Shown: positions 36,579-47,164, numbered from the stretch's first letter. The stretch: 64,000 nt of DNA from an uncultured bacterium (GCA_963980225.1 CAXBYW010000001.1:35301-99300), one strand, 5' to 3'. Notes: generated by a model not told the origin, from the sequence alone. Numbers and translations are program-made.

Positions 36579-37307
36579 ATGTCACTCACAGTAGTCATCC
36601 CCACCCTAAATGAAGAGAAAGACCTCCCCAGAACTCTAGACTCACTTATTGGTTTAACAAAAAACATCTTGGTTATAGACTCCGGCTCGACAGACAGAAC
36701 GCTTGAGATTGCAAAAAAATATAAAGCCAAGATAGTTAATCATCCATTTAGCTCATACTCAGACACCAGAAACTTCGGCAACGATCAAGCTAAAGGGGGC
36801 TGGATTCTTTCTTTAGAAGCCGATGTGGTCGTAACTAAAAAACTAGCCCAGGAGATTAAAGAGGCAACAAATAAAGATGTTGGCCAGTCCGCTTACTATA
36901 TTCCCAGGCAAAACATAATCTGGGGTAAAAAAATTGGCCATACCGACTGGGGTCCAAAAGACGATCTCCATATCTGGCTATATAAAAAGGGGAGTGGTTC
37001 TTGGCAAGGCGATGTCCACGAGGAATATATAGTTAAAGAGGGGACTGTCGGCACCTTAAAAAACCCGCTCATCCACTACAACTACGAAACAGTAAATGAA
37101 TTCATAGGTAAGATTAATAACTATTCATCAGTGGCAGTTACTAAAGGAAAACCTTTCCCTTCATACTGGCCTTTAAGAGACTTCTTCAAGCGCTTCATAT
37201 ATAAACGAGGGTTTCAAGATGGCTACCATGGTCTCTTTTTAAGTTACCTACAGGCAATCTACTATCACGTCTTAAAAGTTAAGTATCATCAAAATAAAAA
37301 TGTCTAA
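36579..37307 (+). CDS. GT2 glycosyltransferase (WaaE/KdtX-like subfamily)
   Basis: LTVVIPTLNEEKDLPRTLDSL…VIDSGSTDRT, and C-terminal RGFQDGYHGLFLSYLQAIYY. TATCAT at 36567-36572, 6 nt upstream of the ATG. Confidence 0.7.
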   Translation: MSLTVVIPTLNEEKDLPRTLDSLIGLTKNILVIDSGSTDRTLEIAKKYKAKIVNHPFSSYSDTRNFGNDQAKGGWILSLEADVVVTKKLAQEIKEATNKDVGQSAYYIPRQNIIWGKKIGHTDWGPKDDLHIWLYKKGSGSWQGDVHEEYIVKEGTVGTLKNPLIHYNYETVNEFIGKINNYSSVAVTKGKPFPSYWPLRDFFKRFIYKRGFQDGYHGLFLSYLQAIYYHVLKVKYHQNKNV

Positions 37308-38478
37308 GGACTTTAAGCTCTACTGGATCTCCCACCAAATACTGGATTATCTAGCTAGTATCTCCACCACCATCTTCATAAACTTCTACATCTGGGAAAC
37401 CACCAAAAATATTTCTTCAATTCTACAATTTAACTTAGGACTATTCTTAGCATATCCATTTGCGGTCCTCCTGGGTAGTGTTCTAGTCGAGATGATCTCT
37501 CTTAAATTTTCTCAGGTAATTACCAAACTCTCTCAAGTGGTTTTTGTCTCCCTACTACTTGTTTTAGGAACTAGATTGATTGAGGGACAGTTCATCTTTG
37601 GTCTCCTTGCCGGTTTGGTCTTAGGTACCGCCTTTGCTCCAGTAGACGTCATAGCAGCCAAGATATTGCCAGACCTAAGACTAGACATCAACGCAAAAAT
37701 CAAAGCCGGTACTATTATCGTTGGTATAGTCTTTCCACCAATCCTTTCGTTCTTGGTAGATGTAAATAAAGCCTTTACTATTCCCTTCACTCTTGCCTTG
37801 GTCACATATGTCTTTCTGCTCATCATTTCTCTTTTTACTACCTTCCCCGACGTGGACGGCGAGTTTAGTCTAGCCGAGGTATTTAAATTTCCCGGAACTA
37901 ACCCAGAAAAAAGTATTCTCTTAAAGTCTGCTTTTCTTTCTGGCCTTAAAGACTCCATCCATTACTCGCTTATTGGTGTTTTAACCCTTAACTTTATTGG
38001 CTCACTTACTGGTTGGGGTTGGTTCAACCTTGCTCTTTCTGTCTTCTCTCTTATCTTAGTCTTAATATACAAAGGTCTAAAGATATCCAAGCAGTCAATT
38101 ATCTCCTTAGGGTTAGGTGCCATTGTTTTCCTTGTCGGTTCTGCTTACTTTGCTTATGATTTTTCTCTTACTGGTATCTACGTCTACGCCGCCGCCGTTG
38201 CTATATTCGAAGTCTTCTATGGTTTTGGAATAACCGGCACAATGGCCAAGTTAACCGATCTAGACGTTAACGAGAAGGATCTGTCAGCAGAGTACACTTT
38301 TTTCACTACCTTGTTTACCTCGATTGGTTTAATCATACCCATAGCCTTTCTTAACTACTTCCAAGTAGACTTAAAAGACCCCGCAATGTTCTTAGGTGTT
38401 GTAATCTTCTCAGCCCTTGTCCCATTTACTATACTAAAGGTAATGAGTAAGTCATTTCATCTAACTCATCAAACATGA
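37300..38478 (+). CDS. Polytopic membrane protein (about 12 TM; possibly transporter-like)
   Basis: 392 aa and uniformly hydrophobic. No confident family assignment. Confidence 0.35.
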   Translation: MSKDFKLYWISHQILDYLASISTTIFINFYIWETTKNISSILQFNLGLFLAYPFAVLLGSVLVEMISLKFSQVITKLSQVVFVSLLLVLGTRLIEGQFIFGLLAGLVLGTAFAPVDVIAAKILPDLRLDINAKIKAGTIIVGIVFPPILSFLVDVNKAFTIPFTLALVTYVFLLIISLFTTFPDVDGEFSLAEVFKFPGTNPEKSILLKSAFLSGLKDSIHYSLIGVLTLNFIGSLTGWGWFNLALSVFSLILVLIYKGLKISKQSIISLGLGAIVFLVGSAYFAYDFSLTGIYVYAAAVAIFEVFYGFGITGTMAKLTDLDVNEKDLSAEYTFFTTLFTSIGLIIPIAFLNYFQVDLKDPAMFLGVVIFSALVPFTILKVMSKSFHLTHQT

Positions 38479-39896
38479 CAATTTTAATAATTACCTTATT
38501 TGGATTAGTCTTAAGACTCCTTCTTGCCGGCCAGAGCCTATGGTTAGACGAGGCCGCTTCGGTAGTAATTGCTTCCCAACCTTTAAAGGTACTGATTCCC
38601 AGCCTAGCTGGAGACTTTCACCCACCCCTCTACTATCTCCTACTTAAGCCTTGGTTAAGCTTAGCTGGCCAAAGCGAGTTCCTTCTTCGTCTCCCTGGTA
38701 TCTTAATCGGCACTCTAACCGTCCCTGCTCTTTTTCTTCTCGTAAAAACCGTCTTTGTCCCTAAAAAGAAGCTAAAGTTCGAGATAGCTCATCTGGCCGC
38801 TCTACTACTGGCTCTAAATCCACTACATATCTACTACTCTCAGGAGCTGAGGATGTACTCTCTCTCTGCTCTCTTGGCCACACTCTCTTGGTATTTCTTG
38901 GCTAAGTGGCTAAAGAAAGACAAGATCAAAGATCTTTTGTTCTTCACCGTTATCACCGTTATTAGTTTTTACTCCTTCTATCTATCAGTCTTCATCCTTA
39001 TCTCCCAGTGGCTTTTCTTGATCTTCTTCCACAAAAAGAAACTAAAACCATTCTTTGTTTCTAACTTAGCCTTTGTAATCTGTTGTCTACCTTGGTTGCC
39101 AACTTTCCTTGGCCAGTTAAAGGGCGGCGGTTATCTAACCAGCGCTCTTCCAGGTTGGGCTGCATTGTCAGGTAATCTTTCTCCAAAATCTCTTATGTTG
39201 ATTCCAACCAAGTTTAGTTTGGGTCGTATCTCCATTGATCCTCAAAACCTTTACTACTTAGTAATCGGTCTTGTCACCGCCTTTATCTCTCTGCTATTTA
39301 TCCTTACCTTAAGGGTCAAGCGTAGTAGATTGTTTTTATTCTGGTTATTCATTCCCTTAGGTCTGGCCATCTTAGTCAGTATCATTACTCCAATTCTTGG
39401 TTACTGGCGATATATCTTCCTGCTCCCCGCCTTCACCACACTACTAGCAATCGGTATCTCCTATCTACCTCCAAAAATGTTTAACGTAAATGTAAGTTTA
39501 GTGATACTGCTATTTTTATCTTCAAATCTATACTTTTTATCAAACCCTAGGTTTCATAGGGAAAACTGGTCCACACTAGCCGAGCTAGTCACTCAAAAAC
39601 AAGACACCTTACTACTAGTCAACTTTACCGATGCTTTTGCTCCATTAAAGTTTTACTTACCCGACACCAACGTCTTTCCTACTCAACTAAAGTTAGGCCA
39701 AACCAGACAAGACATAGATGAGAAGCTTCCCGAGTTAATAGGTAAGGACACAACGATTTACTATCTTGACTATCTATCAGATCTAACTAGTCCAGAACGG
39801 CCCATCTTAACCTGGCTAAAAAGAGCCGGACTAAAAAAACAAGCAGTTTATCAATTCACCGGTTTAGGTGCCGTCTATGAGTATCAAGCACCGTAA
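38475..39896 (+). CDS. ArnT/PMT-like GT-C glycosyltransferase (GT39-like)
   Basis: LRLLLAGQSLWLDEAASVVIASQ…DFHPPLYYLL…LLRLPGILIGTLTV (DE loop plus HPPL motif). Confidence 0.65.
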   Translation: MTILIITLFGLVLRLLLAGQSLWLDEAASVVIASQPLKVLIPSLAGDFHPPLYYLLLKPWLSLAGQSEFLLRLPGILIGTLTVPALFLLVKTVFVPKKKLKFEIAHLAALLLALNPLHIYYSQELRMYSLSALLATLSWYFLAKWLKKDKIKDLLFFTVITVISFYSFYLSVFILISQWLFLIFFHKKKLKPFFVSNLAFVICCLPWLPTFLGQLKGGGYLTSALPGWAALSGNLSPKSLMLIPTKFSLGRISIDPQNLYYLVIGLVTAFISLLFILTLRVKRSRLFLFWLFIPLGLAILVSIITPILGYWRYIFLLPAFTTLLAIGISYLPPKMFNVNVSLVILLFLSSNLYFLSNPRFHRENWSTLAELVTQKQDTLLLVNFTDAFAPLKFYLPDTNVFPTQLKLGQTRQDIDEKLPELIGKDTTIYYLDYLSDLTSPERPILTWLKRAGLKKQAVYQFTGLGAVYEYQAP

Positions 39897-41190
39897 ATCT
39901 TTTTTAGTCTTAACCATCGTTTTGGTTCATCTCTTCTTTATTTATCTAGGTGGTTACTTCCTGTCTCCAGAGTTCACTCTCTATCCGTATTTAACTTCAC
40001 TAGGTCTAAAACCATATCTAGATTTAATAGACCAACATCTACCAGTAGTCCTCTTTGGTCCACTTTCTCTTCCTTCGTTCCTCACCCGAAATCCTCAACC
40101 TCTCTTAGGGGTGTTCTTAAGTATGGTGGCCATAACAGACATCTTATTTTTTAAGCTTTTAGAAAAAAGAAAGGTCAAAAAACCTATTTTCTGGACGGCT
40201 CTTTTTGCCGTCTCCTTATTCGTCTTTTCAGGTAACACACTCTGGTTGGAAACCTTTGTCGCTCCAGTTCTCCTGATACTTCTTTTACTTAAAGACAAGC
40301 CACTAGACCAGTTGTTTATCGGCATACTGTCGACCACCGCCGTTTTAATAAGACCCACTCTAGCCCCCGTGATATTGCTCCTGCTTGTTTTTAAAAAGAT
40401 AAAGTTCTCAAGGTTTCTTCTTGCAGGGCTCTTAATCCCCTTTCTAGCTACTCTTACCTATCTCGTTTACCATCAGGTGCTTCCAAGTTTTTTCAACATC
40501 TTCCTCGGTTTCAACACCACCTATTACCCAAGCTTAGCAGGTAAGTTGCCCAGCTTAAGAGATCTCTTCCTTGTCGGTCTAATTACTCTCCCCACGTTGG
40601 TCGCCCTTCTTACGAAGAAAAAATATCTACCGATCTTTATAATCCTACTATCTCTTTTGCCAGCCTGGCCCAGATTTGAACTAACTCACTTGATTCCCAC
40701 AGTCATTCTGTCCATATTCTTTTGGGCTACACACATCTCTTCCAACCGCTCCAATCGGTCGATAGTTTCTAAGGCGTTGCTCCTTTTTCTGGTTCTTTTA
40801 TCCATTAAAAAAATATCTACCGTTAACTACGGTAATTTTTACCTGACCAATGAAGTTAAAGAGGTAAGTAGCTACCTAAAAAAACAAGATCAAAACCAAG
40901 TCTTTGTCTTAGGTGGCTCGGACTTGATTTATTCTCTATCAAGAAAAAATCCAGCAGGGGACTACTACCTACCATCCCTTCCTTGGTACTATCAAAACCA
41001 AGACTTTGTCACCAGACAACTACAAGCTTTAAGACTAAACTCCGATTCTTTAGTGGTAATTAACCACACTTCATCCATAAACAATGTACCAGTCAGCACC
41101 TTCGCTAAACCAGTCTTTGGGTATATACTAGAAAACTACTCAATCATACATACCGTTGGTCAGTATCAAATATATAAGATCAAACAATGA
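39868..41190 (+). CDS. Polytopic membrane protein, unknown function (possible GT-C)
   Basis: 440 aa with more than 10 TM helices. The start overlaps the upstream gene by 29 nt; the alternative ATG at 39877 is equally possible. Confidence 0.35.
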   Translation: MPSMSIKHRKSFLVLTIVLVHLFFIYLGGYFLSPEFTLYPYLTSLGLKPYLDLIDQHLPVVLFGPLSLPSFLTRNPQPLLGVFLSMVAITDILFFKLLEKRKVKKPIFWTALFAVSLFVFSGNTLWLETFVAPVLLILLLLKDKPLDQLFIGILSTTAVLIRPTLAPVILLLLVFKKIKFSRFLLAGLLIPFLATLTYLVYHQVLPSFFNIFLGFNTTYYPSLAGKLPSLRDLFLVGLITLPTLVALLTKKKYLPIFIILLSLLPAWPRFELTHLIPTVILSIFFWATHISSNRSNRSIVSKALLLFLVLLSIKKISTVNYGNFYLTNEVKEVSSYLKKQDQNQVFVLGGSDLIYSLSRKNPAGDYYLPSLPWYYQNQDFVTRQLQALRLNSDSLVVINHTSSINNVPVSTFAKPVFGYILENYSIIHTVGQYQIYKIKQ

Positions 41191-42284
41191 AAGTTGCCAT
41201 AGACATTTCTCAAAGTATTTACGGAACCGGCGTATCTGTTTACACCATAAACTTGGTATCAAGTTTGATAAGTCAGTTCCCCAACGACGAGTTCATCCTC
41301 TTCGGTGGTTCACTAAGACGTAAAAAAGAACTAGAAAAAATAGCCAGAAAATTAAAGGCGAAAAGTTATATTTACCCTTTCCCTCCTCGATTGATGGATT
41401 TTGTCTGGAATTCACTACACGTCTACCCAGTGGAAAAGATTGTTGGTAACGTTGACTTAATTCACACCGCCGACTGGACAGAGCCACCATCATCTATTCC
41501 TAAAGTAACCACAGTTCACGATCTTATTCCTTTCAAATTTCCTCAAACATCTCATCAGATGGTTAGAAACGCTCATAAAAAACGTTTAAGTTGGGTAAAA
41601 AAGGAATCAAAAGCTATTATCGCTGTTAGCCAGTCTACTAAAAAGGATTTAATTGATATCTTAAAAGTTCCAGAAGAGAAAATAACCGTCATCCCTGAAG
41701 CAGCTGGAAGACGTTACCACCCTCAGCCCCCAACAATCGTCAGTGCCATAAAAAGAAGATACAAGATATCTTCCGACTACATTTTCTCGCTCTCCACGTT
41801 AGAGCCAAGAAAAAATCAAGCGGGTTTAATCAAGGCTTTCATGTTAGTAAAAAAGACTCACCCCGATCTAAAACTTATCATTGGTGGTCGTAGTGGTTGG
41901 GGAGAGGGTCTACCAAAAGAAGAGGGTGTGATCTTCCCAGGTTTTATTCCCGATGCAGATCTACCCGCTCTTTACTCGGGCAGCTTGGTTTACGCTCTAC
42001 CAAGTTTCTACGAAGGCTTCTCTCTTTCTCAACTTCAAGCCATGGCCTGTGGAACTCCAGTAGTCACCTCAAATGTATCAAGCATGCCAGAAGTCGTGGG
42101 TAAAGCTGGCATCTTAGTCGATCCAAAAAGTGTGGAATCAATCGCCGCTGGTATAATAAAGGCAATCAAAATGAGGCCAGAGCTAATAGGAAAAGGGCTG
42201 ACTAGATCTCAAGACTTCAGCTGGGAAAAAGCAGCTAAGGAAACACATGAGTTATACGAAAAAGTTTTAAGTTCTAATAAATAA
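41187..42284 (+). CDS. GT4 glycosyltransferase
   Basis: EGFSLSQLQAMACGTPVVTSNVSSMPEVVGKAGILVDP. Confidence 0.75.
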   Translation: MKVAIDISQSIYGTGVSVYTINLVSSLISQFPNDEFILFGGSLRRKKELEKIARKLKAKSYIYPFPPRLMDFVWNSLHVYPVEKIVGNVDLIHTADWTEPPSSIPKVTTVHDLIPFKFPQTSHQMVRNAHKKRLSWVKKESKAIIAVSQSTKKDLIDILKVPEEKITVIPEAAGRRYHPQPPTIVSAIKRRYKISSDYIFSLSTLEPRKNQAGLIKAFMLVKKTHPDLKLIIGGRSGWGEGLPKEEGVIFPGFIPDADLPALYSGSLVYALPSFYEGFSLSQLQAMACGTPVVTSNVSSMPEVVGKAGILVDPKSVESIAAGIIKAIKMRPELIGKGLTRSQDFSWEKAAKETHELYEKVLSSNK

Positions 42285-42299
42285 TCAACTAAACATACA

Positions 42300-43418
42300 A
42301 TGACAATTGGTATAGACATCAACGAAGCTAATATTTCACAACGTGTGGGGGTCAACCAAGTTGCTTTTGCCGCTCTTTCTAACTTAGTTAAGCGCGTCTC
42401 TTCCCCAGACACAATTATTGCCTTAGGTAAAGAAGGTCCCTTACCAGACATGCCCCAGACATCAGAAAATTTAAGCTATGAAATCTTTGGACCCAAAAAA
42501 CTTTGGGTCTTAACTGGTCTTACTAAGAGGCTTCTTTTTGGCAAACCAAAAATCGATGTTTTATTTTCTCCCAGTCACTACACACCTCTAATCTCTCGTA
42601 CTCCTAGTTTGGTCTACATAATGGATATGTCTTACGAAAGATTTGGTACTGACTACTTTACAAGTGAGGACTTAAGTCAACTAAAAAAATGGACCCCCCG
42701 TTCAGTCAAAAAATCAAAGAAGGTCTTAACCATTTCCCAGTTCTCAAAAGATGAAATAGTTAAGTTCTACAAAGTATCGCCTGAAAAAATCAAGGTAGTT
42801 TATCCTGGTTTTAACAAAGATCTGTTTCACGGTAAAATTCCTATAACCAAGCAAAACCAAATCAAAAGAAAATATCAAGTCAATGGCAGCTACTTACTTT
42901 ATGTTGGGACACTCCAACCAAGAAAAAATCTAACTCGCCTAATCAAGGCTTTCTCAGAGTTAAATAGACCAAGATTAAAATTAGTCATCGGTGGTAAAAG
43001 AGGTTGGTTTTACCAACAAATTTTTGACCAAGTTAAAGATCTAAAGATAGAAGACAGGGTCATATTTGCCGGTTACATTCCAGATGAAGACTTACCAGGG
43101 TTAATTAAATCCAGTAGAGCCTACGTCTTGCCAAGCCTGTATGAAGGTTTTGGTATGCCTCCGGTAGAGGCACAGTCTGTTGGTGTGCCAGTTGTCGTTT
43201 CTAAAGTAAGCTCTTTACCAGAGGTTGTGGGAGACTCAGGGGTATATATAGAAGATCCTTACTCCATACCAAGTATTAAAAAGGCCCTAGAAGAAGTTTT
43301 GAGTATGTCGCTTGCAAAAAGAGCTGAGGTCATTGCCCAGGGTAAAGAGAACACCAAACGTTTCAGTTGGGAAGAAAACTCCAAGCAAATCTTAGAAACC
43401 CTAAAAGAAATAGCGTAA
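42300..43418 (+). CDS. GT4 glycosyltransferase (paralog of the upstream gene)
   Basis: EGFGMPPVEAQSVGVPVVVSKVSSLPEVVGDSGVYIEDP. Confidence 0.75.
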   Translation: MTIGIDINEANISQRVGVNQVAFAALSNLVKRVSSPDTIIALGKEGPLPDMPQTSENLSYEIFGPKKLWVLTGLTKRLLFGKPKIDVLFSPSHYTPLISRTPSLVYIMDMSYERFGTDYFTSEDLSQLKKWTPRSVKKSKKVLTISQFSKDEIVKFYKVSPEKIKVVYPGFNKDLFHGKIPITKQNQIKRKYQVNGSYLLYVGTLQPRKNLTRLIKAFSELNRPRLKLVIGGKRGWFYQQIFDQVKDLKIEDRVIFAGYIPDEDLPGLIKSSRAYVLPSLYEGFGMPPVEAQSVGVPVVVSKVSSLPEVVGDSGVYIEDPYSIPSIKKALEEVLSMSLAKRAEVIAQGKENTKRFSWEENSKQILETLKEIA

Positions 43419-43744
43419 TGGCAGGTGTCTGTTTTAACTCTGGTGTTTGTTGTAAGTTGTTTTTAATCAATCTAACAGAAAAAGAATACAATTCTGGGAA
43501 TTACAAAACCCAGTTTGGCAAATCAGTGGTTTTTAAAGATTTCAAAAAAGCTTACGCTTCTGGAGTTGCCACATTAAAGCAAAAAAAAGATGGTAGTTGC
43601 ATATATCTTAAAAACAACCTTTGTTCTATCCATCCTAGAAGACCACAGGTTTGTCGAAGATTTTTTTGTTCATCAAAGGAAAAGAAGTATCAATCGATGG
43701 TTACTCAAGTAAAAAATTATAAAACGGGTCTTCAAAAAGCCTAG
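43418..43744 (+). CDS. YkgJ/FliB-family cysteine-cluster protein (CxxCxxCC-type metal-binding)
   Basis: MAGVCFNSGVCCKLF … GSCIYLKNNLCSIHPRRPQVCRRFFC. The start was chosen at the ATG that overlaps the upstream stop (TAATG). Confidence 0.5.
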   Translation: MAGVCFNSGVCCKLFLINLTEKEYNSGNYKTQFGKSVVFKDFKKAYASGVATLKQKKDGSCIYLKNNLCSIHPRRPQVCRRFFCSSKEKKYQSMVTQVKNYKTGLQKA

Positions 43745-43764
43745 TTCTGATACAATCAAGGCAT

Positions 43765-44400
43765 ATGCAGATGGCAAATATGAACATAGACGGAAAAGGT
43801 ATTTACTTCACAGACAAGCAAGGTAAAAAATTAGATTTACCAAGTGCTGCAAAAAAAATTCTCAATCGATTTTATAATTACTATCTAGATGCAGCCTTAC
43901 TTTTTCTTTGGGTAGTAGGTTACATTCCCAGCCATTTAATTAGAAACTTTTTCTATCAACTTTGCGGTATAGAAATGGGTAAAGGTTCCACCTTCCATAT
44001 GGGTGCTAGGTTCTACCAACCAAGAAACATAAGCATAGGTGAGGGAACGATAATAGGCGATCACGCATTTTTAGATGGTAGAGCAAGTTTGAAAATAGGT
44101 TCCCACGTAGATATCGCCTCAAAAGTAATGATATATAACTCAGAGCACGATCTTAATAGTCCAACCATGAAGGCCAAAGAAGAGCCTGTGGTAATAGGGG
44201 ATTATTGCTTCATCGGCCCAAGAGCCATCATTATGCCGGGGGTTACTTTAGGTAAGGGTGCAGTGGTTGCTGGCGGGGCAGTTGTCACCAAGAGTGTCCC
44301 AGATGGTGTCATTGTGGGTGGAGTACCAGCTCAAAAAATAAAAGACAGGGGACTAAAGGAATACAGTTATCGTTTAGGTAGGCCCAGGTTATTTCAATGA
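43765..44400 (+). CDS. Hexapeptide-repeat (left-handed beta-helix) acyl/acetyltransferase
   Basis: IGEGTIIGDHAFLDGRASLKIGSHVDIASKVMIYN…VVIGDYCFIGPRAIIMPGVTLGKGAVVAGGAVV. TACAAT at 43751-43756, 8 nt upstream of the ATG. Confidence 0.75.
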   Translation: MQMANMNIDGKGIYFTDKQGKKLDLPSAAKKILNRFYNYYLDAALLFLWVVGYIPSHLIRNFFYQLCGIEMGKGSTFHMGARFYQPRNISIGEGTIIGDHAFLDGRASLKIGSHVDIASKVMIYNSEHDLNSPTMKAKEEPVVIGDYCFIGPRAIIMPGVTLGKGAVVAGGAVVTKSVPDGVIVGGVPAQKIKDRGLKEYSYRLGRPRLFQ

Positions 44401-44951
44401 AGGTAACATTCAAAATACTTTTAAGCTTAGTTTATCTACTAGGTGTTTTCTATCTAGTACTACCAGACCCTATTTACCCAGATCTATCCCTAGCGACACT
44501 GTCAGACGAACCAGGTGATACATGGCAAAATCCAGACCAAAAAGCTTTCTTCTCAGATAAAACCAGACAAGAAGTTTTAGAAGAATTACAGCAGTCATTC
44601 TCTCTATCATTTTTAAAAGGATATCTACCTTCATTTAGACTAAACTATCGTCCAGAAGAATCAACCCAGTTTGTTAGGGAACAGTTAAATAGTTACTATT
44701 TGGAAGAGATAGTACACCCTCTAAGAGAATCCTTATACGTAAATGGCTGGGAACCACAAAATGCTCCTTACTGGCAGACTGTACCAGAAAATAAGCGGCC
44801 CACTATTCAAATAGACGGTACTTACTACAACTCTAAAATCACCCTAAGGCCAGTTTACTCTCAAGTTTGGGCAAGAATACTTATCTGGTCATTAATCTTC
44901 CCTTTAAGTTTTTTAGTTACAAAATCACTTAAAAGAAGTTTTTTAAGCTAA
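44397..44951 (+). CDS. Hypothetical protein with N-terminal and C-terminal hydrophobic segments
   Basis: 184 aa. ATGA-coupled to the acetyltransferase. Confidence 0.4.
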   Translation: MKVTFKILLSLVYLLGVFYLVLPDPIYPDLSLATLSDEPGDTWQNPDQKAFFSDKTRQEVLEELQQSFSLSFLKGYLPSFRLNYRPEESTQFVREQLNSYYLEEIVHPLRESLYVNGWEPQNAPYWQTVPENKRPTIQIDGTYYNSKITLRPVYSQVWARILIWSLIFPLSFLVTKSLKRSFLS

Positions 44952-44964
44952 AATCTAAAATATA

Positions 44965-45951
44965 ATGAGCGACAAAAAAACCTCACCAGAAATCTCTTTA
45001 ATCTCAATCTCTTACAACACCAAAAAAATTACCCTAGATACCTTAAGGTCAATCTACAAGCACACTAAGGACGTTGATTTTGAAATCATTATGGTTGACC
45101 ATGACTCCAAAGATGGTTCAATTGAAGCCTTGGAAAAATTTGCTAAAACAAAAAAGAACTTTACCTTAATAGATACTGGGAAAAACCCAGGCTTCGGTGC
45201 TGGTAATAATATTGGTGCGAAAAAAGCCAAAGGAGAATATCTTCTTCTTATTAACACAGACATGGTATTCAAGACCAATGTCATTAAAAAGGCTTTGGAC
45301 TGGGTCAAAGATCACCCAGAAGTCGGAGCTTACTCATGTAAGTTATTAAACACAGATCTTACGGTGCAAGCCACTGGTGGTTACTTCCCAACTCTGTTTA
45401 GGGTCTTCGCTTGGCAGTTTTTTATTGACGACCTTCCTTTCATTCGTTCTCTCATAAAACCAATTCATCCCCACGAACCTCACTTTTCCATAATCGATCG
45501 ATTCAAAGGAAAAAGAAACAAAAAGATCGCTCCCAAATCATCCTTTTATAATAAACCTCAGTCGCCTGACTGGGTCACGGGTGCTTTTACCATTATCCCC
45601 AGAAAACTATTTGAAAGCCTAGATGGCTTTGACGAAAACATCTGGATGTACGCTGAGGAACTGGAGTTGTGTTATAGAATTAAGGCAAAAGGTTTTAAGG
45701 TTGCTTACCAACCCAAACCTTCCATAATCCATCTCGCGGGTGCTTCTTCCGGTGGTTCTCGTTTGGGTATCACTCAAGAAACCAAGAACTTGATTTACTT
45801 CTTTAAAAAACATAAGCCTACTTGGCAACTACCTGTTGTTAAGTTATTCTTTATCTTAGGATCGATTTTGAGATTTATTATTTTCGGAATTATAGGCAAA
45901 AATGAAACAGCTCGCAAAGCTTACCCAGAGGCCATTAAACTCGCTATTTAA
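44965..45951 (+). CDS. GT2 glycosyltransferase (WbbL-like)
   Basis: ISLISISYNTKKITLDTLRSI…IMVDHDSKDGS…PGFGAGNNIG…LLLINTDMVF. Confidence 0.7.
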   Translation: MSDKKTSPEISLISISYNTKKITLDTLRSIYKHTKDVDFEIIMVDHDSKDGSIEALEKFAKTKKNFTLIDTGKNPGFGAGNNIGAKKAKGEYLLLINTDMVFKTNVIKKALDWVKDHPEVGAYSCKLLNTDLTVQATGGYFPTLFRVFAWQFFIDDLPFIRSLIKPIHPHEPHFSIIDRFKGKRNKKIAPKSSFYNKPQSPDWVTGAFTIIPRKLFESLDGFDENIWMYAEELELCYRIKAKGFKVAYQPKPSIIHLAGASSGGSRLGITQETKNLIYFFKKHKPTWQLPVVKLFFILGSILRFIIFGIIGKNETARKAYPEAIKLAI

Positions 45952-47164
45952 ATACATAGGGGCAGCCCTATTGATTTTTATACCGCTTTATCCTAAGTTC
46001 CCCGTATTGTTTTTACCATCATCTACGGTAGCCCTAAGGGCTGAGGACCTACTAATTTTAGTGGCAGTTCTTATGCTTATCCTGGCTTACAAAAACAAAT
46101 GGGTAAAGTCACCGCCTGTTACTTACCAGATCCTTGTCTACTGGGCAGTAGGTCTCTTGTCCGCCATCTCAGCTATCTTGATTACAAAAAACGTTGATCC
46201 TCTACTGACTCTACTACATTTTGCCAGGAGAATAGAATACATGAGTTTGTTCTTTATCTTCTATTATCTAGGATCTATCAGTAAAGAAAACCGTAAGTTC
46301 TTTTTGCAGTTACTGATTTTGCCGGTCATTGGTGTTTTTCTCTATGGTCTGGCCCAAATCTATTTTAGTGCGCCAGTAATCTCCACCATGAATGCAGAAT
46401 TCTCAAAAGGAATAGCCTTAACTCTTCAGCCAGGAGTCCAACTTTCTAGTACTTTTTCTGGCCACTATGACTTAGCTGTGTACTTAAGTTTTATAATTTC
46501 CATACTTTTCGCCATCGCCGTCCACACCAAGAAAAAATACAAACTAGGAGCTATCTACTTGGCAATAATTCCTTTAATCTGGCTCTTTTCGAAAGCAGGC
46601 TCAAGAATGGGCTTGCTCGGACTATTCTCTTCCGTCGCGGCCATCGCTTTAGTTAAGAAAAAAGTATTCCTAGGTTTTATATTAAGCGTCCTGATTGGCA
46701 TAAGTGTATTGTTTAGCCCTCATTTAATGGGGCGTTTTGCATCATTTGTAAAGGTTTTTGCTCAAGAAGAAGTCCTGCGGCCAATTCAACAAGACCGTTC
46801 CACCAGTATCCGTATAGACGTAGAGTGGCCAAGAGCCATGAGATCTTTTTATAAAAACCCTTTCTTGGGTACAGGCTACTCTTCCTTGGGTCTAGCTACC
46901 GACGGTGACTATATAAGGTCAATAGGAGAAACAGGTTTACTTGGCCTTCTAAGTTTTCTTTCAATACTGGTTGCCCTTGCAAGGTCTATTTGGGTTCGTC
47001 TAAAAAAAGCTGCCAACATGACAGACAAGACGTTGATTGTGTCTAGTGTGGGAATCTTTGTGGCCATGACACTAGTGGCCATCTTTATAGATACCTTCGA
47101 GGCAAGTAAAATAGCAATTCTCTTCTGGAGTATTACCGGTTTATCCCTTAGTATTAAGTCATGA
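45902..47164 (+). CDS. O-antigen ligase/polymerase-like membrane protein (Wzy_C-like)
   Basis: 420 aa, polytopic. N-terminal …LLIFIPLYPKFPVLFLPSSTVALRAEDLLILV… and a large periplasmic loop. The family assignment is from recollection. Confidence 0.45.
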   Translation: MKQLAKLTQRPLNSLFKYIGAALLIFIPLYPKFPVLFLPSSTVALRAEDLLILVAVLMLILAYKNKWVKSPPVTYQILVYWAVGLLSAISAILITKNVDPLLTLLHFARRIEYMSLFFIFYYLGSISKENRKFFLQLLILPVIGVFLYGLAQIYFSAPVISTMNAEFSKGIALTLQPGVQLSSTFSGHYDLAVYLSFIISILFAIAVHTKKKYKLGAIYLAIIPLIWLFSKAGSRMGLLGLFSSVAAIALVKKKVFLGFILSVLIGISVLFSPHLMGRFASFVKVFAQEEVLRPIQQDRSTSIRIDVEWPRAMRSFYKNPFLGTGYSSLGLATDGDYIRSIGETGLLGLLSFLSILVALARSIWVRLKKAANMTDKTLIVSSVGIFVAMTLVAIFIDTFEASKIAILFWSITGLSLSIKS

